From assembly GCA_031549685.1 (NCBI GenBank), contig JAVBPG010000042.1, positions 3,826 to 67,825 of the forward strand: DNA of 64,000 bases, written 5' to 3'. This DNA comes from Bacteroidales bacterium (GTDB lineage Bacteria; Bacteroidota; Bacteroidia; Bacteroidales; UBA932). The notes below the pieces were generated by a model. That model was not told the origin of the DNA and made no database searches. It saw only the letters and a list, made by a program, of their open reading frames with translations. How positions within the stretch are numbered: the stretch's first letter is position 1; the number at the start of each line of letters is the position of its first letter. The position numbers were made by a program, and so were the translations under genes. Below are positions 63,064-64,000 of this stretch, one piece after another.

Positions 63064-63091
63064 TGTATTTGTAATTCGTAATTCGTAATTG
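63064..63091 (+). repeat. Heptamer array (GTAATTC) x4
   Basis: The units are tgtattt gtaattc gtaattc gtaattg, ending 2 nt before the hldD ATG. Confidence 0.85.
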
Positions 63092-63093
63092 AT

Positions 63094-64000
63094 ATGGTAG
63101 TAGTAACAGGTGCCGCGGGGTTTATTGCCAGCTGCTTGGTGGGCATGCTCAACGAGCGTGGATACAACGACTTGGTGCTGGTCGATGATTTTTCGCACGA
63201 GGATAGAAGGGCCAACTACGAGGGCAAAAAGTACAGCGCGCTGGTGGAGCGCAGCCGCTTTTTCGGCTGGCTCAGGGAGCACCACCGCTACGTGCAGGGC
63301 ATTTTTCACATGGGTGCGCGCTCGGCCACTACCGAGAGGAGTTGGGATACGCTGGTGGATTTGAACCTGGGCTACTCGCAAAAAATGTGGAGCGCCTGCG
63401 TGGAGTACGGATTACCGCTCATTTACGCCTCCTCGGCTGCCACCTACGGCGACGGCGCGCTGGGCTACTCCGACAGCCACGATTTGGTAGAAAAATTGCA
63501 ACCGCTCAACCTCTACGGCAAATCGAAAAATGATTTTGACAAGTGGGCGTTGAAGCAAGAAAAATCACCGTTTTTTTGGGCGGGCCTGAAATTTTTCAAC
63601 GTATATGGCCCCAACGAGTACCACAAGGGGCGCATGGCCTCCGTAATTGTACACACGTTTGAGCAAATCAAGGCTACAGGTGGCATGAAGCTCTTCCGAT
63701 CGCACAACCCCAAGTACGCCGACGGTGGCCAGCTGCGCGATTTTGTGTATGTAAAGGACCTGTGCGACGCCATGATTTTTCTCATGGAAAAGCGCCCGCA
63801 GTCGGGCCTGTACAACATGGGAACGGGCCAAGCGCGTACCTTCTTAGACCTTGCACGTAACACGTTTAAGGCCATGGGTGCTCCCGAAAATATTTCGTAC
63901 ATCGACACTCCTATTGATATCCGCGACAAGTACCAGTATTTTACCGAAGCCGACATGAGCAAGCTGCGCAGCGCAGGATACACCAAGGAATTTACTTCGC
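63094..64000 (+). CDS. hldD: ADP-L-glycero-D-manno-heptose 6-epimerase (5' portion, runs off the window)
   Basis: The frame is open from ATG 63094 to the window end. It reads MVVVTGAAGFIASCLV…ASSAATYG…NLYGKSK…FFNVYGPNE. Confidence 0.9.
   Translation, partial: MVVVTGAAGFIASCLVGMLNERGYNDLVLVDDFSHEDRRANYEGKKYSALVERSRFFGWLREHHRYVQGIFHMGARSATTERSWDTLVDLNLGYSQKMWSACVEYGLPLIYASSAATYGDGALGYSDSHDLVEKLQPLNLYGKSKNDFDKWALKQEKSPFFWAGLKFFNVYGPNEYHKGRMASVIVHTFEQIKATGGMKLFRSHNPKYADGGQLRDFVYVKDLCDAMIFLMEKRPQSGLYNMGTGQARTFLDLARNTFKAMGAPENISYIDTPIDIRDKYQYFTEADMSKLRSAGYTKEFTS

Overview
The window is a 64-kb chromosomal segment that looks like a fairly G+C-rich Bacteroidota genome. Supporting signs are TAnnTTTG-type promoter boxes, GldG and PorQ-like genes, DUF3108, DUF349 and DUF4293 families, and YidC, TrmD and RecG housekeeping genes. 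I support about 62 protein genes, nearly all housekeeping or metabolic: fba, panB, rnfB, recG, queE, GH51 arabinofuranosidases, pepD, kdsC, maf, glyA, hisA, hisIE, pgeF, ftsE, trmD, yidC, an Fe/B12-type ABC transporter, cmk, phoA-type phosphatase, folE, mqnB, mqnD and hldD. There are two tRNAs, Arg-TCT and Pro-TGG, and several clear intrinsic terminators. I found no rRNA, CRISPR array, transposase or integrase, and no recognisable multi-gene defence system.

The most unusual content is non-coding. Many gene junctions are filled with short tandem arrays of 7-bp period, with a few of 8, 9 or 10 bp. These arrays fall into a handful of recurring sequence families and sit exactly at stop codons and start codons. 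A second dispersed family of GTCAT-headed palindromic units, REP/MITE-like, occurs at about eight loci.

Other points worth a second look:
- a solitary rhuM cassette bounded by a 32-bp direct repeat that duplicates the ftsE/pgeF junction
- an apparent homopolymer frameshift at the 5' end of a DUF3108 gene
- an rnf operon reduced to rseC-rnfB, ending at an inverted-repeat-bounded AT-rich segment
- the uncharacterised radical-SAM/DUF4130 putative DNA-repair pair
- a histone-H1-like protein with an acidic tail, next to a 27-codon Lys-rich small ORF

All functional calls rest on my recognition of protein families from the translated ORFs. No database search was run.
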